A stretch of 64,000 nt of DNA from NCBI GenBank assembly GCA_900545615.1, contig UQZM01000001.1, forward strand, positions 40,150-104,149. The letters run 5' to 3'. A program made the translations under genes and the position numbers. The stretch is from an uncultured Collinsella sp. (GTDB taxonomy: Bacteria; Actinomycetota; Coriobacteriia; Coriobacteriales; Coriobacteriaceae). This document shows, one piece after another, positions 47,615 through 56,375 of this stretch. The first letter of the stretch is position 1. Each line of letters begins with the position of its first letter. A model generated the notes under the pieces. That model saw nothing but the letters and a program-made list of their open reading frames with translations, searched no databases and had not been told where the DNA came from.

Positions 47615-48454
47615 TTAGCGGACCGGTATCGCGATCCTCGTCACATACGCCCCCGGGTCGTCGCTGATGATGTCGTCGATCAGGGCGATCTCGCGCGAGG
47701 GACCGGCGGGTGTCAGGTTGCGCTCGCGCATATAGCTGAGCAGCTGCTCATAGCGTGGGGTTGCTTGCCCGTGCGTGCCGCGAAAGCTAATGGTCAGGCG
47801 GCGCGCGGCGGGTCGCGTCTCGAGGTCGCCCACGTAATCATCGGTGTCATCGAGCAGCAAAAAGACCTCGTCGTAGCCATCAAAGTCGCCGGCGGCGAGG
47901 CGCTCGGCGCTAATCCCAACGCCCAAGTTGCCCAGAAAGACAAAGGTCTCGTGCTGGCCCTTCTGCAGCTGACGAATCTGCCACTCCAGCGCATAGGCGT
48001 CGGTAGGCTTGACGCGTTCGCGCAATACGGCGCAGCGAAGCTCGGGCGCATCGATTGCGCAAATGGTATCGAGCTCGGTGTTCAGGGCATTGTGAAGCAG
48101 GGCAAGCCGGTTGTCGATCTTGCGCGACACGCGCTCCAGCTCGCGGCGCTTGCGCTCGATGAGCTCCTGCTGCTGAGCCAGCTGCCGCTGCATAAGGTTC
48201 ACGTCGCGCGTGGTCACAAACTCACGGATTAGCGCGAGCGGCAAGTCGAGAACACGCAGGTGGCTGATGGTGTTGAGAGTGGAGAGCTGCCGCGATCCGT
48301 AGTAGCGGTACCCACTCGCCGGATCGATGTGTGCCGGGTCCAGCAAGCCCATCTGCTCGTAATGGCGCAACGTGCCCACGCTTAGGTTAAACAAGCGCGC
48401 CACCTCGCCAATGCGGAGCAGACCCTCGGTATGTTCAGTTGGCGAGTCGGTCAT
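47615..48454 (-). CDS. MerR-family transcriptional regulator with GyrI-like effector-binding domain (BmrR/TipA type)
   Basis: LRIGEVARLFNLSVGTLRHYEQMGLL HTH plus a coiled coil. RBS aaaggag. Start inside track ORF 47615..48847. Confidence 0.8.
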   Translation of the reverse strand: MTDSPTEHTEGLLRIGEVARLFNLSVGTLRHYEQMGLLDPAHIDPASGYRYYGSRQLSTLNTISHLRVLDLPLALIREFVTTRDVNLMQRQLAQQQELIERKRRELERVSRKIDNRLALLHNALNTELDTICAIDAPELRCAVLRERVKPTDAYALEWQIRQLQKGQHETFVFLGNLGVGISAERLAAGDFDGYDEVFLLLDDTDDYVGDLETRPAARRLTISFRGTHGQATPRYEQLLSYMRERNLTPAGPSREIALIDDIISDDPGAYVTRIAIPVR

Positions 48455-48515
48455 GGCGCCGCTCCTTTCAATGGACGGGGAAGGGGCGCCGAGGTCGTAC
48501 GACGCAAACGATCCT

Positions 48516-49862
48516 CTACGCTGCCAACTTGTCAAAAGCCCCGCGTCGGTTGAGCACGGTAAACGCGACAACACAGATGACTGCCGACAGAATGGACCCG
48601 CACGGCGAGGCGATGCCCATGGGAAACAACGTTTCGGAATAGGCGTTCGACAGCAGCCACGCGCCCGGCACGCGAATGAGCGCCACGGCCAGCACGTTGT
48701 GCGCAAAGCCGATGTAGCTCTTGCCATACGCAGCGAAAAAGCCGCTAAAGCAAATGTGGATGCCGGCAAAAATCGCGTCGAAAATGTAGCTGCGCATATA
48801 GCCGGTACCGGCGGCGACCACCGCGGCGTCCTTGGCAAAAAAGCCAATAAACGCCGGCGCCACCAGCCACATCAGCACCGTGATCAGGCAGCCGTACACC
48901 ACCGAGATGGTCATGGCGTCCTTGAGCACCTGACGCGCACGGTTGCCCTTTCCCGCGCCGGCGTTTTGCGCCGTGAGCGCGCTGACGGTGGCGCCCATGG
49001 AGCTCGGCACAATGAACAAAAAGCTGATCATCTTTTCGACCAGGCCCACGGCGGCGGCGTCGACCAGGCCGCGATGGTTGGCGATGACGGTGATAAACAT
49101 AAACGCCACCTGGATGCAGCCGTCCTGCACAGCCACGGGCACGCCGATTTTAAGAATGCTGCCGAGCACCTCGGGCTGGGGGCGCAGGTCGCTGCGCTTA
49201 ACGTGGATGTTTGTGCGACGGCTCTTGAGCCACACGAGCGCGAGGGCAACGCTGGCCGTCTGCGCGGTCACCGTGCCGAGCGCTGCGCCCACGGGGCCGA
49301 GCCCCATGTGACCGATAAACAGAAAATCGAGCGCGATGTTGATGATGCACGCCACGCCGATCACGTACATGGGCGAGCGCGAATCGCCCAGCCCGCGAAA
49401 GATGGCCGAAAGAATGTTGTACGCGGCGATAAAGGGAATGCCGATAAAGCAGATACGCAGGTAGGCGGCAGTGCCTTCGACCGCCTCGGCCGGCGTGCCA
49501 ATGAGTGCCACAATCTGCGGACACAGTGCAAGCAGGACAGCGGCCAGCACCACCGAGACACCCATAAAGAGCGTGATGGTGTTGCCGATGGCGGTCTCGG
49601 CGCGGTCAAACCGGCGCGAGCCCACGGCGTGGCCGACGATGACCGTCGTTCCCATGGCCAGACCCACGAGCGTCACGGTAATGATATAGAGCGTCTGCGC
49701 GCCGTTGCCCACGGCGGTGATGCCGGCGGCGCCGCTAAACTGCCCCATCATGTACAGGTCGGCCATGCCGTAGAGCATCTGCAAAAAGTACGAGAGCATA
49801 TAAGGCAGGGCAAAGACCGCGATGGTCTTGAGGACATTGCCGCGTGTGAGGTCATGTTCCAT
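48516..49862 (-). CDS. MATE-family multidrug efflux transporter
   Basis: 448 aa, 12 TM, MATE N-terminus MEHDLTRGNVLKTIAVFALPYMLS. Confidence 0.85.
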   Translation of the reverse strand: MEHDLTRGNVLKTIAVFALPYMLSYFLQMLYGMADLYMMGQFSGAAGITAVGNGAQTLYIITVTLVGLAMGTTVIVGHAVGSRRFDRAETAIGNTITLFMGVSVVLAAVLLALCPQIVALIGTPAEAVEGTAAYLRICFIGIPFIAAYNILSAIFRGLGDSRSPMYVIGVACIINIALDFLFIGHMGLGPVGAALGTVTAQTASVALALVWLKSRRTNIHVKRSDLRPQPEVLGSILKIGVPVAVQDGCIQVAFMFITVIANHRGLVDAAAVGLVEKMISFLFIVPSSMGATVSALTAQNAGAGKGNRARQVLKDAMTISVVYGCLITVLMWLVAPAFIGFFAKDAAVVAAGTGYMRSYIFDAIFAGIHICFSGFFAAYGKSYIGFAHNVLAVALIRVPGAWLLSNAYSETLFPMGIASPCGSILSAVICVVAFTVLNRRGAFDKLAA

Positions 49863-49912
49863 GGGCGGGGCTTTCTGGCTTGGGTCGTTTACGTACCAGT
49901 GTAGTGAAAACC

Positions 49913-49927
49913 CTACAACGATTGTAG
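49913..49927. promoter_or_regulatory. MerR-type dyad CTACAACGATTGTAG inside MATE promoter spacer
   Basis: On the minus strand it reads TTGACT-ctacaatcgttgtagggtt-ttcact. The -35 is followed by a dyad in a ~19-bp spacer. Confidence 0.45.
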
Positions 49928-50121
49928 AGTCAAGGTTTGTATTGGCGGCGGGGCGAAAAAGTCACGCACGCGTTCATTTCCAATTGAATACGGACATGCG
50001 TCCTGCGAGCTTGGTGCCTGCACTAGCCTTGCAGAAATCGATTTCGGAACACTTGACACCGCCGCATGGCGCGCCATAATACGTGGGTTTGCGAACAACG
50101 TTTGATGGGGGATGAACCTGC

Positions 50122-51942
50122 GTGCGCAATCTCAAGATTCTGTTTTCCTACCTGGGGGCATACCGCCGCGATGCCATACTCGGCGTGCTCTTTGTGACTG
50201 CCGAGACGGCGCTCGAGCTGTTTATTCCGGTCATCATGGCAAATATCATCGATGTGGGCGTGCCCGCGGGCGACATCAACTACATGCTGTTGCAGGGCAC
50301 GTATATGTTGGTATGCGCCGCATGTTCGCTGGTACTTGGCTTAGGCTATGCGCGCACGTCCGCCCGCGTTGCCTCGGGGCTGGGCGCTAACCTACGCGAG
50401 GCCGAGTACCGCAAGATCCAGACGCTCGCTTTTGGCAATCTGGACAACTACGACGCCAGCTCGCTCGTCACGCGCATGACCACCGATATCACTGTTATTC
50501 AAAACGCCATCGGCAACGGCTTTCGCCCCATGGTGCGCGGTCCCGTGACGCTTATCGTTGGCTTGGTCTATGCGTTGGTGCTGTCGCGTCCGCTTGCTAC
50601 GGTATTCGCGATCATCCTGCCGGTGCTGGCGATCGTACTGGGCGTTATTACCTACCGCGTCAGCCCGCTCTACCGCCAGCTGCAGACTTCGATGGATCAC
50701 CTCAACGGCGTGGTGCAGGAGGACCTCACCGCCGTGCGCGCCGTCAAGGCGTATGTGCGCGCCGCGCACGAGGAGGCCAAGTTCGATGCCGTCAACACCG
50801 AGCTTGCGCACACGGCGACGAAGACCTTCGGCAACGCCGTGCTCAACCTGCCGGTGTTTCAGCTGTCGATGTACGTGGCGGCGCTTTCCATTCTGTGGAT
50901 CGGCGGGCGCATGATCCTTGCCGGCGAGCTCGGCGTGGGCTCGCTCACGGGCTTTATGAGCTACGTGCTGCTGATCATGAACTCGCTCATGATGGTCTCC
51001 AACGTGTTTTTGCTGCTCACCCGCGCACTTGCCAGCGTGGAACGCATCTCGCGGGTGCTCGACGAGCGTTCGCTTATCCAAGCGCCCGACGCTGCCGCTG
51101 CTGTGCACGAGGTGGCCGACGGAAGCATCGAGTTTCGCGATGTGTCGTTTAAGTACCGCGCGGATGCTGCCGAGGATGTGCTCGAGCATATCGACCTTCG
51201 CATCGAGAGCGGCTCGACGGTGGGCATCCTTGGCGGCACGGGCTCGGGCAAGAGCTCGCTTGTGCAGCTGATTGCGCGCCTGTACGACGCCACTGAGGGC
51301 GCCGTGCTTGTGGGCGGACACGACGTGCGTGACTACGACCTGGCTACCTTGCGCGACGCGGTGGGCATTGTGCTGCAAAGGAATGTGCTGTTCACGGGCA
51401 CCGTGCGCGAGAACCTGCAGTGGGGAGCGCCCGATGCCACCGACGAGGAGCTGCTGCGCGCCTGCCGGGCGGCATGCGTGGACGAGTTCCTGGATCGCAT
51501 CGGCGGACTCGACGGCTATCTGGGCCAGGGCGGTGCCGGCGTCTCGGGCGGGCAGAAGCAGCGTCTGTGCATCGCGCGTACGTTGCTCAAACATCCGCGT
51601 GTGCTCATCTTTGACGATTCGACCAGCGCGGTCGATATGGCGACCGACGCCAAGATTCGTGAGCATATCGCTCAGATTCCCAATACGACGGTGATTGTCA
51701 TTGCGCAGCGCATTGCGAGCGTCATGGATGCCGACCGCATTATTGTGTTGGACGACGGCCGTGTCCACGGCGTGGGAACGCATGAGGAGCTGCTGGCGGG
51801 CGATAGCATCTACCAGGAGATTTACGCCTCGCAGATGGAGTTTGCGGGGGATGCGGGCGTCGTGGACGGCGCAAATGCCCCGTCTTCCGCCGGCCCCAAC
51901 GAATCAATTCAAGCCACGGAAGGGGGTGAGCGCCATGCCTAA
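50122..51942 (+). CDS. ABC exporter subunit (fused TMD-NBD), heterodimer partner 1
   Basis: Six TM helices plus Walker A GGTGSGKSS, signature LSGGQKQR and Walker B ILIFDD. GTG start. Confidence 0.85.
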   Translation: MRNLKILFSYLGAYRRDAILGVLFVTAETALELFIPVIMANIIDVGVPAGDINYMLLQGTYMLVCAACSLVLGLGYARTSARVASGLGANLREAEYRKIQTLAFGNLDNYDASSLVTRMTTDITVIQNAIGNGFRPMVRGPVTLIVGLVYALVLSRPLATVFAIILPVLAIVLGVITYRVSPLYRQLQTSMDHLNGVVQEDLTAVRAVKAYVRAAHEEAKFDAVNTELAHTATKTFGNAVLNLPVFQLSMYVAALSILWIGGRMILAGELGVGSLTGFMSYVLLIMNSLMMVSNVFLLLTRALASVERISRVLDERSLIQAPDAAAAVHEVADGSIEFRDVSFKYRADAAEDVLEHIDLRIESGSTVGILGGTGSGKSSLVQLIARLYDATEGAVLVGGHDVRDYDLATLRDAVGIVLQRNVLFTGTVRENLQWGAPDATDEELLRACRAACVDEFLDRIGGLDGYLGQGGAGVSGGQKQRLCIARTLLKHPRVLIFDDSTSAVDMATDAKIREHIAQIPNTTVIVIAQRIASVMDADRIIVLDDGRVHGVGTHEELLAGDSIYQEIYASQMEFAGDAGVVDGANAPSSAGPNESIQATEGGERHA

Positions 51943-53833
51943 GACATCCGCTCAGGCCCGTCCCGCCAATCTGGCGCAGACGCTCCGCCGCCTGCTCTCC
52001 TACATGGGCCACGCCAAGTTCTCGCTGCTCGCAGTGGGTGTGCTTGCCTCTGTTGCGGCCATCGCAAGCCTTGCCGGTACCTACATGGTGCGCCCCATCG
52101 TCAACGGTTTGGCAACGGGCGGCGAGGAACTGCTCGCTAAGCAGGTTATCTTTACCGCTGCCATCTACGCCGCGGGCGTGCTCTCGGCTCTGGGCTACTC
52201 GCAGATTATGGTGCGCGCGGCCCAGCGCGTGGTCTCCGATATCCGCCGCGACCTGTTTGCGCACATCCAGACGCTGCCGCTCAGTTACTTCGACAGCACG
52301 CGCTCAGGCGACATCATGAGTTTCTTTACCAACGACGTCGACACCGTCTCCGAGGCGCTCAACAACAGCTTTGCCAACGTGATTCAGGCGAGCATCCAGG
52401 TGGTCGGCACCACGGCCATGCTCATCATCCTCAACTGGCAGCTCACGATTATCACGCTCGTGTGCGATGTGGCCATTGTGCTGTACGCGCGCTACTCGGG
52501 CATGCGTTCCAAGCGCTTTTTTGCCGCCCAACAGGCGTCGCTGGGCGATTTGGACGGATATATCGAAGAGATGGTCTCGGGCCAAAAGGTCATCAAGGTC
52601 TTTAGTCACGAACAGGCCAACGTGGCTGGTTTTGACGCACGCAACCAAGAGCTGCGCCGCACCGGTGGTGCCGCGCAGGCCTACGCCAACTCGATGGTTC
52701 CCATGACCGTGGTGATCGGCTATGCCAACTACGCCATCGTTGCGGTGGCAGGCGGCATGCTCTGCATCAACGGTCTGGCCGATGTAGGTGCGCTCGCAAG
52801 TTACCTGGTCTTTGTGCGTCAGGCCGCCATGCCCATCAACCAGTTTACGCAGCTGGGCAACTTTTTGCTCAACGCGCTGGCCGGTGCCGAGCGCCTGTTT
52901 GCCGCCATGGACCTTAAGCTCGAGGTGGACGAGGGCTGCGTGGAGCTGGTGCAGACGGGCGACGCCGCGTGGGCGTGGAAGATTCCCGAGGGCCAGGGCG
53001 TGGGCACATATGGGCACCTGCACGACGTGGCCGCTGTTGATGAGTCGGGCCGCGCGGTGGCTGCCGACGGTACCGAGCTCACGTGCGGCTTGGTCCCGCT
53101 TGCCGGCGACGTGCGCTTCCATGCCGTGGACTTTTCCTACGTGCCGGGCACGCGCGTGCTCACGGACCTCAACCTGTTTGCCAAGCCGGGACAAAAGATC
53201 GCTTTTGTGGGTTCGACGGGCGCCGGAAAGACGACCATCACCAACCTCATCAACCGCTTCTACGAGGTCGATGACGGCGAGATCACGTACGACGGCATCG
53301 ACGTCAAGCACATCGCCAAGGCCAGCCTGCGCGGGTCGCTCGGCATTGTGCTGCAGGATACGCACCTGTTTAGCGGCACCATTGCGCAGAATATCCGCTT
53401 TGGCAAGCTCGACGCGACCGACGAGGAAGTGCGCGCTGCCGCCGAGGCCGCCTGCGCCGACTCGTTTATCCGCCGCTTGCCACAAGGCTACGACACGCCG
53501 GTTACGGCCGATGGTGCCAACCTGTCACAGGGCCAGCGGCAGCTGCTCGCTATCGCGCGCGTGGCCGTGGCCGATCCGCCGGTGCTCATCCTGGACGAGG
53601 CGACAAGCTCCATCGACACGCGCACCGAAAAGCTCATCGAGCGCGGCATGGACCGCATCATGCGCGGACGCACCACGTTTATGATCGCGCACCGCCTGTC
53701 CACCGTCCGCGACGCCGACGCCATCATGGTCCTCGAACACGGCCGCATCATCGAGCGCGGCACGCACGAAGAGCTGCTCGCCCAGCACGGCGAGTACTGG
53801 CAGCTGGCGCATGGCTTAAAAGAGCTGGATTAA
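51935..53833 (+). CDS. ABC exporter subunit (fused TMD-NBD), heterodimer partner 2
   Basis: Walker A GSTGAGKTT, signature LSQGQRQ and Walker B ILILDE. Overlaps the upstream stop by 8 nt. Confidence 0.85.
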   Translation: MPKTSAQARPANLAQTLRRLLSYMGHAKFSLLAVGVLASVAAIASLAGTYMVRPIVNGLATGGEELLAKQVIFTAAIYAAGVLSALGYSQIMVRAAQRVVSDIRRDLFAHIQTLPLSYFDSTRSGDIMSFFTNDVDTVSEALNNSFANVIQASIQVVGTTAMLIILNWQLTIITLVCDVAIVLYARYSGMRSKRFFAAQQASLGDLDGYIEEMVSGQKVIKVFSHEQANVAGFDARNQELRRTGGAAQAYANSMVPMTVVIGYANYAIVAVAGGMLCINGLADVGALASYLVFVRQAAMPINQFTQLGNFLLNALAGAERLFAAMDLKLEVDEGCVELVQTGDAAWAWKIPEGQGVGTYGHLHDVAAVDESGRAVAADGTELTCGLVPLAGDVRFHAVDFSYVPGTRVLTDLNLFAKPGQKIAFVGSTGAGKTTITNLINRFYEVDDGEITYDGIDVKHIAKASLRGSLGIVLQDTHLFSGTIAQNIRFGKLDATDEEVRAAAEAACADSFIRRLPQGYDTPVTADGANLSQGQRQLLAIARVAVADPPVLILDEATSSIDTRTEKLIERGMDRIMRGRTTFMIAHRLSTVRDADAIMVLEHGRIIERGTHEELLAQHGEYWQLAHGLKELD

Positions 53834-53877
53834 CCCGTTCGAGCACGATGCTTTGATCCCTCCGTGCCCCTCACCTC

Positions 53878-53943
53878 AAACCATCACAACATTCGACGTT
53901 TTTTGCCAAAATCGGGAAAAGCATCGGATGTTGTGATGGTTTT
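53878..53943. repeat. 66-bp palindromic element, direct-repeat copy 1, flanking DUF559 gene
   Basis: aaaccatcacaacattcgacg - loop - catcggatgttgtgatggttt. About 95% identical to 55120-55184. Confidence 0.75.
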
Positions 53944-54043
53944 TCTGCCACTTGACCGGGTGGAATCGCTTTCTTGCGCACGAAGGTGTGCGGACCCGTG
54001 GGCAGGGGAATAAGGTTGGTTATCCGACTCCATTGGAGGGCTC

Positions 54044-55081
54044 ATGGACCTGCCGATCGTCCTGTCCCATAAGACTGCCTGGCTGTACCACAACGTGGCG
54101 CGCCCGTCCGAGCCGCTCTCGCGAGCAAGCAGCCTATACGATGAGGACTCGCTTGCCAACGAGGCGGAGCTGACCGCGAGCCTGCCCAAATTGGGACTCG
54201 ATGCCAAGGGGCTGAGGGCTTCAACGGCAGTTGGGATCGTTACCGACTATCTGGTCTCGATCGGTATTCCACGAGAAGAGCTCGATCATATCGACACGCT
54301 CGTCAACTTCGATTTTGAGCGCTCGACGCCGGCTGGATTTAGGTGCCACGTGTTTGGAGCGCCGGTACCTCCAGGCCATCTTATCGAGGTGGCAGAGGGC
54401 CTTCTGGTGGTTGATGAGGCCATGTGCTTTGTCCAAGCGGGTTCGTGGATGAGCGAGCCCGAACAGCTGGAATATGGCTACGAAATCTGCGCCCGATACC
54501 ATTTGAATCATCTGTCGACAGGCGATTATATCGAGATGGGGAAGAGGTATACCGTTGCCGACTTGATTGCCTATTGCAATGAGAACCGATCTCGTCAGGG
54601 GGCTATACGCGCGGCCGCTGTGCTCAAACGCGTGCACGATGGCGCGCGGTCGCCCATGGAGACGGCCACCGCAATCATGGTCGTAGCGAAACGTTCCCAG
54701 GGCGGGCTGGGATACACCAAGATCGAGCTCAACCATCGGGTCGATGTTCCCAACGAGTTCAAGTATCTCGCAAAGGCCGGGTATTTCGAGATCGACGTAT
54801 ATGCGCCAGCGAGTGGTACGGGGATTGAATACAACGGCTCGGACCATCTTGATAAACAGCGCAGCGCGTCGGATGCGGAGCGTATGACCGTGCTGAGCGC
54901 GCTGGGCTTTAGGATGATCGTCCTCACCGGGACTCAGTTTGCCCACCAGCTGCAATTGCATCGGGCGATGAACGCCATCGCACTCGCTATGGGCCTTAAG
55001 TGCGACCGAAGCGAAGCGTTCCAGAAACGTCAAAACGACCTGCGAGAATTCGTGATTCGGCACTGGGACGGCGGCCTTTAG
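54044..55081 (+). CDS. DUF559-type protein (Vsr/restriction-endonuclease-like C-terminal domain)
   Basis: C-terminal FEIDVYAPASGTGIEYNGSDHLDKQRSASDAERMTVLSALGFRMIVLT is typical of DUF559. RBS ggaggg. Confidence 0.6.
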   Translation: MDLPIVLSHKTAWLYHNVARPSEPLSRASSLYDEDSLANEAELTASLPKLGLDAKGLRASTAVGIVTDYLVSIGIPREELDHIDTLVNFDFERSTPAGFRCHVFGAPVPPGHLIEVAEGLLVVDEAMCFVQAGSWMSEPEQLEYGYEICARYHLNHLSTGDYIEMGKRYTVADLIAYCNENRSRQGAIRAAAVLKRVHDGARSPMETATAIMVVAKRSQGGLGYTKIELNHRVDVPNEFKYLAKAGYFEIDVYAPASGTGIEYNGSDHLDKQRSASDAERMTVLSALGFRMIVLTGTQFAHQLQLHRAMNAIALAMGLKCDRSEAFQKRQNDLREFVIRHWDGGL

Positions 55082-55119
55082 GGGCGCTTTGGTCCTTCTA
55101 CGGGGTGCTGCGGGCAGGC

Positions 55120-55184
55120 AAACCATCACAACATTCGACGTTTTTCGCCAAAATCGGGAAAAGCATCGAATGCTGTGATGGTTT
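55120..55184. repeat. 65-bp palindromic element, direct-repeat copy 2, flanking DUF559 gene
   Basis: Same sequence and orientation as 53878-53943. Confidence 0.75.
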
Positions 55185-55315
55185 GTGTGCTGAGGATGGG
55201 CTTGGAAAGTCCGTTTTGCTCGAAGCGACTGTCCTGTCGTACGGGTGTCGGCATGATTTTCCCGTGGGGTATTATGTTTTCCGAAGAATAAAACACCGCG
55301 TGAGGGGAGGGCCGC

Positions 55316-56371
55316 GTGGACGAGCGCGTGCAACATGACGGTTTTGGCCGCGATATCAACTACCTGCGCATTGCCGTTACTGACAAGTGCAATTTCCGCT
55401 GCATTTACTGCATGCCTGCCGACGGCGTGGCGCCGCGCGCGCATGACGAGCTGCTCAGTGCCGAGGAAATCGCCCGCTTTGTGCGTCTGGTGGCGGGGGA
55501 GGGCATTCACCGCGTGCGCCTGACGGGTGGCGAGCCGCTGGTCAGCCGCCGCATTATTCCGCTCATTCGTGACATTCGTGCGATCCCGCAGGTCGAGGAT
55601 ATCTCGCTCACCACCAACGGTGCCCTGCTGCCCAAGCTGGCGCCGCAGCTTAAAGATGCCGGGCTTAACCGCGTCAACATCTCCCTCGATACGCTCGACC
55701 CCTTGCTGTTTGGAAAGATCACGCGTCTAGGTCGACTCGAGCAGACCATGGCTGGCATCGACGCGGCGCTGGCTTGGGGCTTTGAGCCCGTTAAGGTCAA
55801 CTGCGTTGTAGTGCGTCGGCTCAACCAGGATGTGGCGGCCCTCGCGCGGCTCACGCTCGACCGCCCCATCCATCTGCGCTTTATCGAATATATGCCCATC
55901 GGAGACGAGCACACGAGCTCGCATTGCGCCGTGGATCCGCATGCGCCCGCGCTCAATCCCGAGCTGTGGGACGCGAGCGATACCGTGCCGAGCGACGAGC
56001 TGCGGGCGCGCATCAATGCCGGGGCCACCGCGGCGGGACTGGGCGAGCTTGAGCCGCTCGACATCAACGACGCTCCTGCCGGCGCGGGCCCCGCGCGCTA
56101 CTGGCACTTTCCGGGCGCGGCGGGAACGGTCGGCTTTATCAGCGCCATGTCCAACCATTTTTGTGCGAATTGCAACCGTCTGCGCCTGACGGCTGATGGC
56201 AACGTGCGTCCGTGCCTGTTCAGCGATGCCGAGTATTCGGTGCGCGAGGCGCTACGCCGTGGTGATGATATGCAGGTGCTTTCGATTTGGCGCGATGCCG
56301 TGGCCCACAAACCGCAGGAACACGCGATAATTGAGGGCACGCAACGATTTATGTCCCAAATCGGAGGATGA
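55316..56371 (+). CDS. moaA: GTP 3',8-cyclase MoaA (radical SAM)
   Basis: CNFRCIYC radical-SAM cluster motif and a C-terminal second cluster region. GTG start with RBS gaggggaggg. Confidence 0.85.
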   Translation: MDERVQHDGFGRDINYLRIAVTDKCNFRCIYCMPADGVAPRAHDELLSAEEIARFVRLVAGEGIHRVRLTGGEPLVSRRIIPLIRDIRAIPQVEDISLTTNGALLPKLAPQLKDAGLNRVNISLDTLDPLLFGKITRLGRLEQTMAGIDAALAWGFEPVKVNCVVVRRLNQDVAALARLTLDRPIHLRFIEYMPIGDEHTSSHCAVDPHAPALNPELWDASDTVPSDELRARINAGATAAGLGELEPLDINDAPAGAGPARYWHFPGAAGTVGFISAMSNHFCANCNRLRLTADGNVRPCLFSDAEYSVREALRRGDDMQVLSIWRDAVAHKPQEHAIIEGTQRFMSQIGG

Positions 56372-56375
56372 TCAT

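Noticed and set aside
53884-54207. Minus-strand ORFs 53884..54207 and 55126..55359 sharing the C-terminal peptide DAFPDFG(K/E)KRRML
   Set aside because: The shared peptide is simply the translation of the 65-bp direct repeats. The rest overlaps the real DUF559 gene and moaA on the other strand.
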